Source: Eledone cirrhosa (taxonomy: Eukaryota). From it: 64,000 nt of DNA. Each line of letters begins with the position of its first letter. The stretch's first letter is position 1. The stretch covers positions 48,856,001 to 48,920,000 of the forward strand of contig OZ024749.1 in the NCBI GenBank assembly GCA_964016885.1. The letters are read 5' to 3'. A model generated the notes under the pieces. The model saw only the letters and a program-made list of their open reading frames with translations. It made no database searches and had not been told where the DNA came from. Shown here one piece after another: positions 41,440-52,931 of this stretch. The position numbers and the translations under genes were made by a program.

Positions 41440-41895
41440 TTCTATTCTATCATACTCTGCTCTGTAAGAGCATAGCGTGCTCAACCGGCATACCGCCTAT
41501 AGAAGCATCTTAGCTACCATCAGACACACACACATATATAAAAACGAAATTATATAGTATAAAAACGAAGTTATATAGTATAAAAACGAAAAATCAGTGA
41601 TGCATCTGGACTCAGTTTATTGCGTGTTACAATTGTTTCGCCGGCCTTAGCTCGAGACATGATAACTGCATGGATCTGGCTGATTCTACGCCTGCAGATT
41701 CCCACGGACACGGGTAGATCGTTAGGAGCAAATTTTCTCACTGTTCGGCGGCACAATTGTAACACGCAATAAACTGAATTCAGATGCATCACAGATTTTT
41801 CGTGTTTATACTATCCACACTCTACTCTGTATGAATATTGAGTGGTAATTTTGGCATACCGCCTATGGAAGCACCATAGCTACCATTATACACAA

Positions 41896-41900
<5 letters not shown>
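41440..41900. repeat. Element with inverted arms (about 41575-41645 and 41742-41813) and directly repeated tail (about 41487-41520 and 41852-41886)
   Basis: gtgatgcatctg..cagtttattgcgtgttacaattgt and its inverse; minus arm reads GAAA-CAATTG-TA-acac (hammerhead 3' half); ggcataccgcctat.gaagca..tagctaccat occurs twice. Confidence 0.7.
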
Positions 41901-41924
<24 letters not shown>

Positions 41925-41931
<7 letters not shown>

Positions 41932-42445
41932 ATACTTTGGGAGGGACATGTTGCCAATAAGAAACACACGCACCAGTTGCTTTCACTTCAATTTATTATA
42001 TATTTATAAATTTATAAATTTACAAATTTACAAACTTATAAATTTCTGGTAGAAATAAATTTCTGGTAGAAAAAATAGAGAAAAGAAAAAAAAAAAAAAA
42101 AAAAAATTGAACACAAACACACACAGACACCCGGATGTGGCGCATGCGCAAACTGAGCACACAACACACACACAGAAACAAAATGGCGTAGGATAGAAGA
42201 AAGGAAAGGCACAGAAACGAAGAAAGGAATCCCCAGTCACTGAAGAGGTCACAGAGTGTGTGACGAAAGGACTATGACTATATATAAACAACTATCTGGT
42301 TGTGGAACCAACCAACCAACCAGAAATGTATATGTTTGTAAATTTGTAAATTTATAAATTTATAAATATATAATAAATTGAAGTGAAAGCAGCTGGTGCG
42401 TGTGTTTCTTATTGGCAACATGACCCTCCCAAAGTATAACAATAT
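41925..42445. mobile_element. Fold-back element, family F (about 125-bp inverted arms), left end abutting (TA)n
   Basis: 41925-42050 is the inverse of 42320-42445; hammerhead in the spacer. Confidence 0.85.
42235..42279 (+). ncRNA. Minimal type I hammerhead ribozyme, family F
   Basis: agtca-CTGAAGA-g-gtcaca-gagtg-tgtgac-GAAA-GGAC-TA-tgact. Stems I and II are perfect; CUA triplet; one extra G before stem II. Confidence 0.8.
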
Positions 42446-42497
42446 CGGTTTCAAAACACGATTTCAGATAAAGAATATTGCTAAACAAATTCAGAAA

Positions 42498-42636
<139 letters not shown>

Positions 42637-43172
42637 ATTGTGTGTGTGTGTGTGTGTGGATGCATATGTAATTGTCTATGTGTCATTCGCAGTGTGTGAG
42701 CCCAAGATAGAGGGAGAAAACATTTATGAATTTACAGGATGTAAGGAAGAAAGGAAGTCAAAGAAACAGAAAGGTTTTCAAAACAAGGAAAGGGATCATA
42801 ATAGACAATTGGTGTGAAATGTGGAATATATACGGGAAAAATAAAACGAAATCTCATGTGTCACTCTTAGTACGGCTGTTACTTACGTACATATATATAT
42901 ATATGTGTGCATATATGTGTATATATGTACATACTACTGTACGTATATATACATATATGTATGTACGTATACATACTTATATATATATATATATATAGGT
43001 TTAAATATAGATGAGATTCTACAGGACTAGAGCTGTTTGATTCTTTAGAAATCATCATCTATATATATATATATATATATATATACGTAGGTTCCGGGTT
43101 GAGTCGGGGATAACCACAGGAAGTAAGGTACTCAATACATGGCAGAGTAAATTTTTTTTATTTTATAGAAGG

Positions 43173-43225
43173 AGCTTCTACAGAACTAGTACTGTTTCAT
43201 TCAGATGAAATCTTCAGATGAAAGC
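43173..43225 (-). ncRNA. Hammerhead ribozyme, family D, minus strand
   Basis: CTGAAGA-tttcatctgaat-GAAA-cag-tactagtt-ctg-TA-gaagct; 5' arm of stem I is disrupted by the inversion junction. Confidence 0.6.
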
Positions 43226-43273
43226 TTCCTGAAGATGTCATCTAAATGAAACAGTACTTGTCCTGTAGAAGCT
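43223..43273 (+). ncRNA. Hammerhead ribozyme, family D, tandem copy 1
   Basis: agcttc-CTGAAGA(43229)-tgtcatctaaat-GAAA-cag..ctg-TA-gaagct; stem II is weakened. Confidence 0.65.
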
Positions 43274-43300
43274 CCTTCTATAAAACAAAAAAATGTTACT

Positions 43301-43349
43301 GCTTCCTGAAGATTTCATCTGAATGAAACAGTACTAGTCCTGTAGAAGC
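43301..43349 (+). ncRNA. Hammerhead ribozyme, family D, tandem copy 2
   Basis: gcttc-CTGAAGA(43306)-tttcatctgaat-GAAA-cag-tactagtc-ctg-TA-gaagc; GUA triplet; palindromic ACTAGT in loop 3. Confidence 0.75.
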
Positions 43350-43369
43350 TCCTTCTATAAAATAAAATA

Positions 43370-43438
<69 letters not shown>

Positions 43439-43492
43439 TATATGTATGTGTGTGTTTGTTTGTCAGTGTTGGTGGGCAAATATATATATATT

Positions 43493-43525
<33 letters not shown>

Positions 43526-43718
43526 ATATATATACACAGCAGATGGTAGCTGACATTTAAGCAGTCAACAGATATCGAAGGAATTCTTGCACTTCCATTT
43601 TTTCATGATACATATACAATCATACATACATACGTACACACACCTACACATACACACACTCTCATACTCTCACACACTCATACACACACATATATATATA
43701 TACAGTATATATATATAT

Positions 43719-43915
43719 AGGATAAAGTATGACCCCGACGGCAGAGCTCAAGCCGTTTTGACGGCTATTTCTGGAGTCCAGAAATAGCCGTCGAAACGGC
43801 TTGAACTCCTCCGTCGGGGTCATACTTTTTCCTATTTTCCACTCTACTACCCTAAGTATTGAGTACTCTGGTGCGTTATGGTCCATTTCGTTCCTTACCA
43901 CAATTCTTTTGTTAT
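43719..43915 (+). mobile_element. Family C element: about 115-bp palindrome plus tail
   Basis: Palindrome centred near tggagtcca; right arm GAAA-cgg..ccg-TC-ggggtc is a hammerhead 3' half. Confidence 0.75.
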
Positions 43916-43934
43916 ATATATATATATATATAAA

Positions 43935-44590
43935 GAGATAGATATATAGATACATTTCTTTATTAGCCATAAGGGTACAAAAGAAGGGGACAAATACAAA
44001 TGGGGAGTTTACATACAGGTATATGAAAATAAAATTATTCATAAAATAACAAATAACAATTGATATCCCCAATAGGGGGGAGGCGTTAAACAGGGGTTGT
44101 ACACACCCCGAAAAATGTACAACCCTCTTCTTCAGGAGCACCAAGAGTGAGTACTCCCTTCCTCACTTCCTCTTTTTCCTCAACCTACAGGCTTATATAG
44201 AGAGAAGACCCAACCACTCTGGCCTTCTTTGCCACATTCACCCAACCTTTATAAAATTTGCTGGGGTACAGCACCTCTCTCTCCATCCTGATAGATAGAT
44301 ATGTTTCTTTATTTATTTATTTAAGATAGATAGATTTCTTTATTAGCCACAGGGGCACAAAAGAAGGGGACAAATACAAAGGGGGAAGTTTACATACAAT
44401 AAAAACGTGTAAAATGTTATCACAGATGGAATTTAAAAGTTAGTCGATTTTCCCCAATAGAGGGAGACAGTTTATATGGGTAACACAGACCCCCGAAAAA
44501 AATGTGCAACCCTCATCTCCAGGAGTACGAAGAGCTTGTACTCCTTTCCTTTCCTCTCCTCCTCCTTTTCCTCAACCTACAGGCTGATTT
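43935..44590 (-). mobile_element. Two 5'-truncated 3' ends of an L1/Tx1-like LINE in (TAGA)n
   Basis: Copies at about 43950-44290 and 44325-44586 share a 3' UTR ending AATAAAGAAAT-(CTAT)n; the longer encodes RMEREVLYPSKF..WVNVAKKARVVGSSLYISL*. Clade assignment is tentative. Confidence 0.55.
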
Positions 44591-44594
44591 ATTT

Positions 44595-44669
<75 letters not shown>

Positions 44670-45447
44670 GTAGACATATTGCTATATTAACTTATTTTAT
44701 TTTAATTCTGATTCGCGAGCGGTTTTAGGTTTGAAAGGAGGGGTGGTGCACATATTTGGTGCTGGGTGGGTGAATAAATATATAGGATTCGATAGTTTTG
44801 GGAACATGAATTGGAGAGGTAAACTTTATTAAGTAAAATAAATCTTGGAAATTTAAGACATCGAAAGGTGTTACTGTGAACTCCTTGAGAGAAATTACCC
44901 TATCGGGTTTCCTAGAAAATTTACAATGCTTTTGAACAGTTTAAGTATTTATTGATTTTATTATTATCGATTTCCGAACGTCCCCCACACTTCTCATTCA
45001 TTTACTCCTGCATGAGTTTCTTTTTTATTTCTTCTTATTATTTTTTTTATTTTTTGTATTTTTTATGACATTTTATAGCATATTTCTTTAAATATAACAT
45101 TTAAGATTTTCGATTCCCGAGAATCGATTTAAATATATCTATTTTTAATTTTAATGTGTTTTTTACATTGATTTTAATCTCTCTATATTTTTTGGTAATT
45201 TCAATATTTTCTAAGAAGTTTTCATAATTTTCACATTATGTTTTCCCCTTGATAATCTGTTTCTCATTTTCATTCTTTGGGCTGCTTTGATATTTCCTGA
45301 TCTTTGATGAGTAACATTAAAATAATTTTTTTTGTATAATGACAGCATAAAATGTTCGTAATTTTCAAGTTAAGTTCCGAAGTATATTATATATGTATAA
45401 GAGTAGATGTATTTTTTCTCTCTCTAGCTTACTCTTTCCCTCTCTCA

Positions 45448-45511
<64 letters not shown>

Positions 45512-46065
45512 GACATTTTCGAAAACTAGCTTAAACTTTAAAGATACAAAAAATATTTGAATATTCTCATTTAAACGGCTTTTCGATCGGTTTTATCTAA
45601 AATCGTCATCTGGTGTTATTTTATATGTTTTTATGGATATAGAATATGTTCATACATCACTGCGTTAGTGGATGCAAGTGGAAAAACCTTCAGATTAGAA
45701 ACGAAATCCGCCGTTCAAATTAATTCAAGTCTTATATGTGTAACCAGGAAATATAATACTGTATACCTCCAAATGTGAAGTTAATATACCGACGAATGTT
45801 TATCTTTAGTGAAAATATTTATTCTTAAATATTACAACAATTTTGTTATGATATCTGCATTAAATATGGAGGGCGAAATCTTGCTAAAGTATGAATAAAG
45901 AGTCCGTCGGCATTGCTTCCAACAACAATGCTGCTTCTTACAACATGAAGTAAGTGTGATATTTGGGGATGATGAAATCCTTGTCTCCTCCATACGACAA
46001 ATGTAAGAAATGCTCTGCAGTGTAATATATATTTATATATTTACACATACACACATTTACCCCAC

Positions 46066-46127
<62 letters not shown>

Positions 46128-47426
46128 AATCCGAAGAAGTGTGTGTGATTGTGAGTGTTTGTGTATGTGTGTCTTCGTGTGTGTGTGTTTGTATGTGTGT
46201 GTGTGTGTAGGTTTGGCAAAATGTTTTTACTTCGTGGATGTATATAATTATTTTGGTATTAGTTGAAATATATTGTTCCCAATCGACATTGCCTTCCGTC
46301 CTGTCTGGGGATAAATCAATAAATTCCTACTCCGGCCTCAAGTCAGTTGTAGTTTCGTCTTTTTTCTACCCACAACAGGCTCATAAATTGGTAAATTCAA
46401 TACTAACCAATTTTTTTACCGTCCTTTTCCTGATGAGACCTTACACAATATCCAACCATGATAAAATGAAAACAAATATATATATTCAAGAAATTCTACG
46501 CGTCTGAAACTGAATATAAGTGGACGTATGTAAATAATTGCTCCCTTAACAGAATGACGATAGTGCATGACGAAAGAGCTAGAGTGGAAGTAATATCACT
46601 TGATACCATAGAAATGACATGTTTCTGGTAAAGTAGGACCGTATTTTTAAACACAGATCTATACAGCATAGACATTCATTCAAATATAGGAACATGAGCA
46701 ATTTCCTTTCCTTATCTAAATATCTTTATAACAGAGATGATGGATGTGAAATCAATGTTCTCATAAAATGGAGCATAGTTTGAAATCCGAAAACATCAAC
46801 AATCGTAGCATTTCTTTAAGTTATATGCAATTGAGAAGCTCAAAATACTAAACTTTTTGTTTAATATCACGTATATAAGAGACTAAATGTTCACTTCCAT
46901 ATTACACACAACATTTAAATGACATTCTTAAAACAGATTCCAATACATGTTTTAAAACAATTAGAAACCGATTGCCTTTGTAACCGATACACGTTATAGG
47001 GCTAAAATATGTGTAACTCATAATTTGCTCTGGTCACATCTTCAGTATTGCTGGTACCAGAAATAAATTAGTTACCTCTTCATAAGTTGTCTGCCCCTTA
47101 ATTCTACTGATTGAACACATAATTAATATTCCAGGCGGGAATTAGCAGTCGAGACTTAAGTTTATAGAGTGTGTTTGAAAATGTAACTACAACTATTGGT
47201 AGCAGAAAATAAGCTTCAAAAAAGATTCAACGAAAAAAATATAAATGTTACTCTGGAGATTACTATAAGTTATTGAGGGATGGGATCGTGAAATATTTCA
47301 TTTAATCTGTAGTGTTTAACATGTGACACACTTAGTACATATAATCCAAATGCCCAATCATCATCTTGTATATTTTTAAATTACAGAAGACATAAACTCA
47401 TTCTAAAAAGTGAAATTACAGAAATC

Positions 47427-47502
47427 AGTAATTACAGAAGATGTAATTCATCAGTAATTACAGAAAATGTAATTTATCAGTAATTACAGAAAATGTAATT
47501 TA

Positions 47503-47507
<5 letters not shown>
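47427..47507. repeat. 26-bp minisatellite, 3 copies, with internal hairpin
   Basis: tcagtaattacagaa(g/a)atgtaatt(c/t)a repeated; aattaca/tgtaatt are inverted. Confidence 0.8.
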
Positions 47508-47551
<44 letters not shown>

Positions 47552-47566
47552 ATACACATATATATA

Positions 47567-47657
<91 letters not shown>

Positions 47658-47766
47658 CGCGCGCGCGCTTGTGTGTGTGTGTGTGTGTGGGTGTGTGTGG
47701 CTGCGTGTATCTCGTTTGTGTTAATACACAAACATGCACAGAAACACACTCTCTGCCACACAACTT

Positions 47767-47797
<31 letters not shown>

Positions 47798-47808
47798 ATG
47801 TCTTTTGT

Positions 47809-47840
<32 letters not shown>

Positions 47841-50716
47841 GTATTTATATATATACAATTATAATCGATACGTATGCAAATTATTTTTCTAAATAATTTA
47901 TTCCTTAATTTCATGATACTGCTTATACAACACATATTTATTTTGTATGAAATCCCTGTCAATTCCGTTAAAGTCCAAGTAAGATTTATCTATTGTACAA
48001 ATAAATCTTGTATCTAGAGAGGAAATAAGAAATTGAGGCAGTTGCAATTTTTCAATAAATTATAGTATTAACAATGGACATGTGTAACAGCTATTCTGCT
48101 ATATTGCAAATTGTTTTTCATTTTCAAATGTATTTTTGTTTTTGGTTTTAATAATGCAAGTTTGTATTTCATTGTATTTGGCTTCTGTTGTTGCTTTTAC
48201 TGTGGTTGTTGCTGTTGTTGTTAATGTTTTCTAGTGCTATGGTCGTTTGTTGTTAATATAGTAGTATTTGGTCTTGTTGATTTTGATGTTCCCTTTTGTT
48301 TTATATTCCACATCTTCTCTATTCTCTCCCTTTACGTCTCATTTTCTTCTTCCTTGTCTTCTTCTCTACCTCTTACCCATCCCTCTCCATATTTATAGCA
48401 CTAATAATACTATTGATCATATATTCTCTTTTAATTTTCTCATATTGCTTTACTTTTTTATTATTAATTTTCGGTCCTACTTTGTTGTAGTTTTTAGAGT
48501 AAACAGTTTCGTGAAATAGAGACAGTTAGAAATTTGAGATGAGATTTGACATAAAATATAAAAATCTCGAAAAAAAGCAAAGTTATTGCTGTCAATATTT
48601 TTGTCTTTATGGTTTATTTCTAAGTGTGGAAATGTAAAGCGTGCATTTGTGAAGGAGTGTGTCTGTGTTCGTCTCTTTCTGTGCGACATTTCCTTTCAAT
48701 TCTAATATTTTGTCGTGCTAAAGTTCTCTCATGGCCATTTTGATAATTTTAACGAAAGCATCCAAACGCAGCACTAGTCATAATTTATCAACAGGACTGG
48801 CATTCAAAACAAGATAATAAACTGTCTACTCCCAAGTGAAGTTACCGATAAATAGAGGAAACTATATGCTATATCTTTGTTCAAATAGCAATATTTGATG
48901 TACGACATATTTAGCTTTCCTCTGATTGGTAGAGATAAGATTTCGTTCTTAAAATGTTCACTTCGCATTCGGCTGATTCAATGTCACTCTTCATTTATTC
49001 CGTTCTCATTTGACTGTTCCTATCCTTCGTTGTGGACTTTGTATGGTAGAAGACCTCCAATTGGAACATGAATAGTTTTAGTATATTACACTCGGTTATA
49101 AAGATCCTGACAATATATCCATTCTGGGAATCCATTTATTCCATCCTAGTGCTGCAACTAAAGATTTTCTATCGTGATCAGATTCACAGACCATGCAACA
49201 TACATTTTTCATGTGACTATTATAAGGACGCTAATTCTTGTTGTTTTCATCTAATAATTGTGTTTTGTGATTTCTAAAAAATTGCATTTAATGATTGTTG
49301 CTAATAATGTAGTTTTACATTCAACTGTAATATTTGGCATGTGTTGTCAAGTTTTGATTTTGTAGAGAGCTGCTGTTTGTTTCCATTGATAAAGGCGTAA
49401 TGGCATGACCATTATGAAGAAAATGAATGCAATAATCCTTATAGTGCTTGTTTCATTCATGTCCCTACGCTTTATCTCCTTTCATTATTCTTCTATTTTA
49501 ATTTCACTATTTAGTTAGCATTTTCCTCCATTTTACACTACACTAAGTTATATTTGTCGTCGTTGTTTTGTTATCTTTGGTAGTATTAGTATATTGGGGG
49601 TTTGTGGTGGTGTTTAGACGTATGCCAGAAGTACTTTAGCAGATCGTTGCGTTTCTAAATGTGATCAACCCAACATTTATAATGGTAACGTGTAATTTAA
49701 AGAAGTATTTTTTCATAAATACACATTTAGCTCCAATAAACGTTGGTTAATAATGCATGGTGGTCTTTTTTTTATTAGGCTTTAGTTATTTTAATCTGTA
49801 GTTTGATTTAGTCATCACGCAATGCCCTGCAGGAATATTCTCAGCAAGTTGTTCCTGTTGAGTTTGTTAATATATTGTCCCTGTTATATTTATTTTAACT
49901 CTTGTATAATATTATTTTCTAATATAGAATATCTGCAAGATTACCATGATGTTAAATATGTTTCATTAACTGACAACAAAATGTGAATCACTTCCATATT
50001 CAAAATGTTTCCTCACAAGAAGAATTCATTTTATATTAACAACTCAAATTTGTTTTAAAGAAGTACATTACTTATCATTGTTATGTTAAGACTAACACAT
50101 GTTAAGGCTAACATATTAACCTAATTAATAAAGAAAATGCAGTTATAATGGTGATTTGATCCCAGCTCAGGGACTTTAATTTACAGTGTCTTAACACTAA
50201 CCGAAGCTTTTAATATTTTATATGCTTCAGAATCAGATATGCCATTGTATTCTAGCTACATTTCACCCTACCGGGAATATGCCTATTTGTGTTGTACCAT
50301 CCACTTCCCTGTGCAAAAATGCCATTTGATATTTGCAATTTTTTTTCTGAACTTTCTCTGGATTAATAAAAAGGAAAACTAAATACAAAAAACAAAGAAA
50401 CATGATAATTCGACATGAAAATAAAATAAAGATAAACAATTAGAAATGTACTTTTTGTTTCAAAGATAAAAACACATTGAAACCGGAATGTTAATTAAAT
50501 TATCAGAGGATTGTTTTGTTTCTTTTTTTCATTGTAGCCGAAACATTTATTCAAAGGATTAACCAAAAGGAATGAAATAAATAAATATATAGATGTAAGA
50601 AAATAAAGCCAGTGAATTTATCGTCTATCAGTCTTAAATCCTGTTTCATAAAGACGGCAGATAACAGTAAATAAAAACGAGATAACCGAAAAAAAGATTA
50701 CTATGAAAGCTAAAGC

Positions 50717-50807
<91 letters not shown>

Positions 50808-50844
50808 TTATATATACATATATATATATATTTATATATATATT

Positions 50845-50945
<101 letters not shown>

Positions 50946-50982
50946 TCATATATACATACATACATATATATTATATAATATA

Positions 50983-51028
<46 letters not shown>

Positions 51029-51035
51029 TACATAT

Positions 51036-51066
<31 letters not shown>

Positions 51067-51339
51067 AACATTCAGATGCTTGCCTATTTTTTCATTTTTG
51101 TATTGAAACAACGCAAATTCTCAAATACAGTTAGGCTCTGACACAGACATATATAGAAACAATTATATAAACGTAGAAAATAAAACTGGAAACGAAACAA
51201 ACGTCATTTATTTATATATAGATAACGATATGCTTGCAGTGGGTGTCTGAAATGTGATAAGCAAATCATTACACAAGCGAAATTTGTCTGTCGAGAACTT
51301 AGCTTATTTGTCTGTGTTGATATGTTGATATTTAATGTT

Positions 51340-51370
<31 letters not shown>

Positions 51371-51570
51371 NNNNNNNNNNNNNNNNNNNNNNNNNNNNNN
51401 NNNNNNNNNNNNNNNNNNNNNNNNNNNNNNNNNNNNNNNNNNNNNNNNNNNNNNNNNNNNNNNNNNNNNNNNNNNNNNNNNNNNNNNNNNNNNNNNNNNN
51501 NNNNNNNNNNNNNNNNNNNNNNNNNNNNNNNNNNNNNNNNNNNNNNNNNNNNNNNNNNNNNNNNNNNNNN
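51371..51570. other. Assembly gap (200 N)
   Basis: N run next to a (GT)n tract. Confidence 1.
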
Positions 51571-52668
51571 CGAAATACTGGAACACAATTAAAACTTAGC
51601 TGGATTTCACCTCATAAAAGAAAAGATCAGGAACATATACTGGTCGGTCGAGCGTACTATTTGGTTAATTCAAAGTTTAAAATCATTATATGTATCAGAT
51701 ATGAATAACTAACTTTATTACGCTGCAGTGGAAAATAATGTTTATGTTCCGGGATACATTTGGTTCAGCATCGTTTGAGATCATATGTATTGATTTGTTT
51801 TGAAACAATCTCTTTAATATACAACTCAGATGAGTATCACTGAGCAAACAAAGAAGATAATAGGACTTATAAATACAAAAAAAGTTACGAACGCAAGAAA
51901 TACAGACTTCGAGCGCACACAAAATCACACAAATATTTTGATAAAATCACTATATATCTCATGTTTGTTTATTACATTATTTTCAATGTATAGTAATATA
52001 TATAGAGTACATGCTTTAAACATGTCGAGCTTGTATGCCCATCCATGTAGACATTGATATGGTTAAGTTGAATGAGGTATAACTAGTCTGAAATTGCCTA
52101 TCTTTGTTACATCTACTTTTCTCTCTTAAACATTATATTGAGCAAGATATTTATTCTTGGTCATATTTCAATAACTATATTTATATCAACAAGTTAATTA
52201 GTTAAATACATTGAAATACTTTATTTAAAGTTTAAGAGTCAAAGTTGACTATTGTATATGTTTGAAGCCCAATGAATGTAGATCTTATGATTAAACTTCC
52301 ATGAACCATATATATATGTATTTGTATGTATGTATGCATATATATAAACCACTGGGAGGGAAGGACTCCTAGCCTTTGTCAGGACATTCGTCTAGGAGAA
52401 GGCAACGCAGGAAACTTGGATAACGCCGATATAAAACCTGCAGCTCGCTCAGTAGTTACCGATGATGTTGATATTTTCTTCTTTTCGGGTTATAGCTACT
52501 GTCGTTCAGAGAATGGGATTGGCTCAGTGCACAGTCTTTCCTCACTTTAAGAAATATCTTCACGCACAAGCATTGTACAATAGAATTAATTAATAATTAT
52601 TAATAATGGTATATCGTGCAATGATCATACTCGATAACGAGGGGCCAGCCATCATCATATATATATAT

Positions 52669-52750
52669 AGAGAGAAAATGTATGACCCCGACGGCAGAGC
52701 TCAAGCAGTTTCGCCGGCTATTTCTGGTTCCTTACCACAATTCCTTCTAT
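52669..52750. mobile_element. Family C element, deleted: left arm joined to tail end
   Basis: gtatgaccccgacggcagagctcaagc as at 43727, then ctggttccttaccaca as near 27548. Confidence 0.7.
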
Positions 52751-52867
52751 ATATTTATAAGTATATATATATATATATGTATACAAACATATATATATAT
52801 ATATATATATACTTATAAATATGTATATACTTATAAATATGTATACAAACATATAAATATGTATACA

Positions 52868-52931
<64 letters not shown>

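Larger units (their letters stand above)
43087..43370. mobile_element. Family D element: inverted arm plus tandem duplicated hammerheads
   Basis: The left arm is the inverse of the tail seen at 11640-11730; three hammerhead cores; (TA)n on both sides; another decayed copy at about 43000-43060(-). Confidence 0.8.

Noticed and set aside
44090-44140. Minus-strand CTGAAGA followed by a hairpin in the LINE 3' UTR
   Set aside because: No GAAA after the stem, and the second copy has CTGGAGA; treated as a 3' UTR stem-loop.
46420-46530. CTGATGA-gac..gtct-GAAA motif
   Set aside because: Stem I is offset, the triplet would be GUG, and the loop is long and unstructured.
47427-47507. Short palindromic direct repeats resembling CRISPR or a ribozyme array
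   Set aside because: No unique spacers, eukaryotic context and no GAAA core; ordinary minisatellite.
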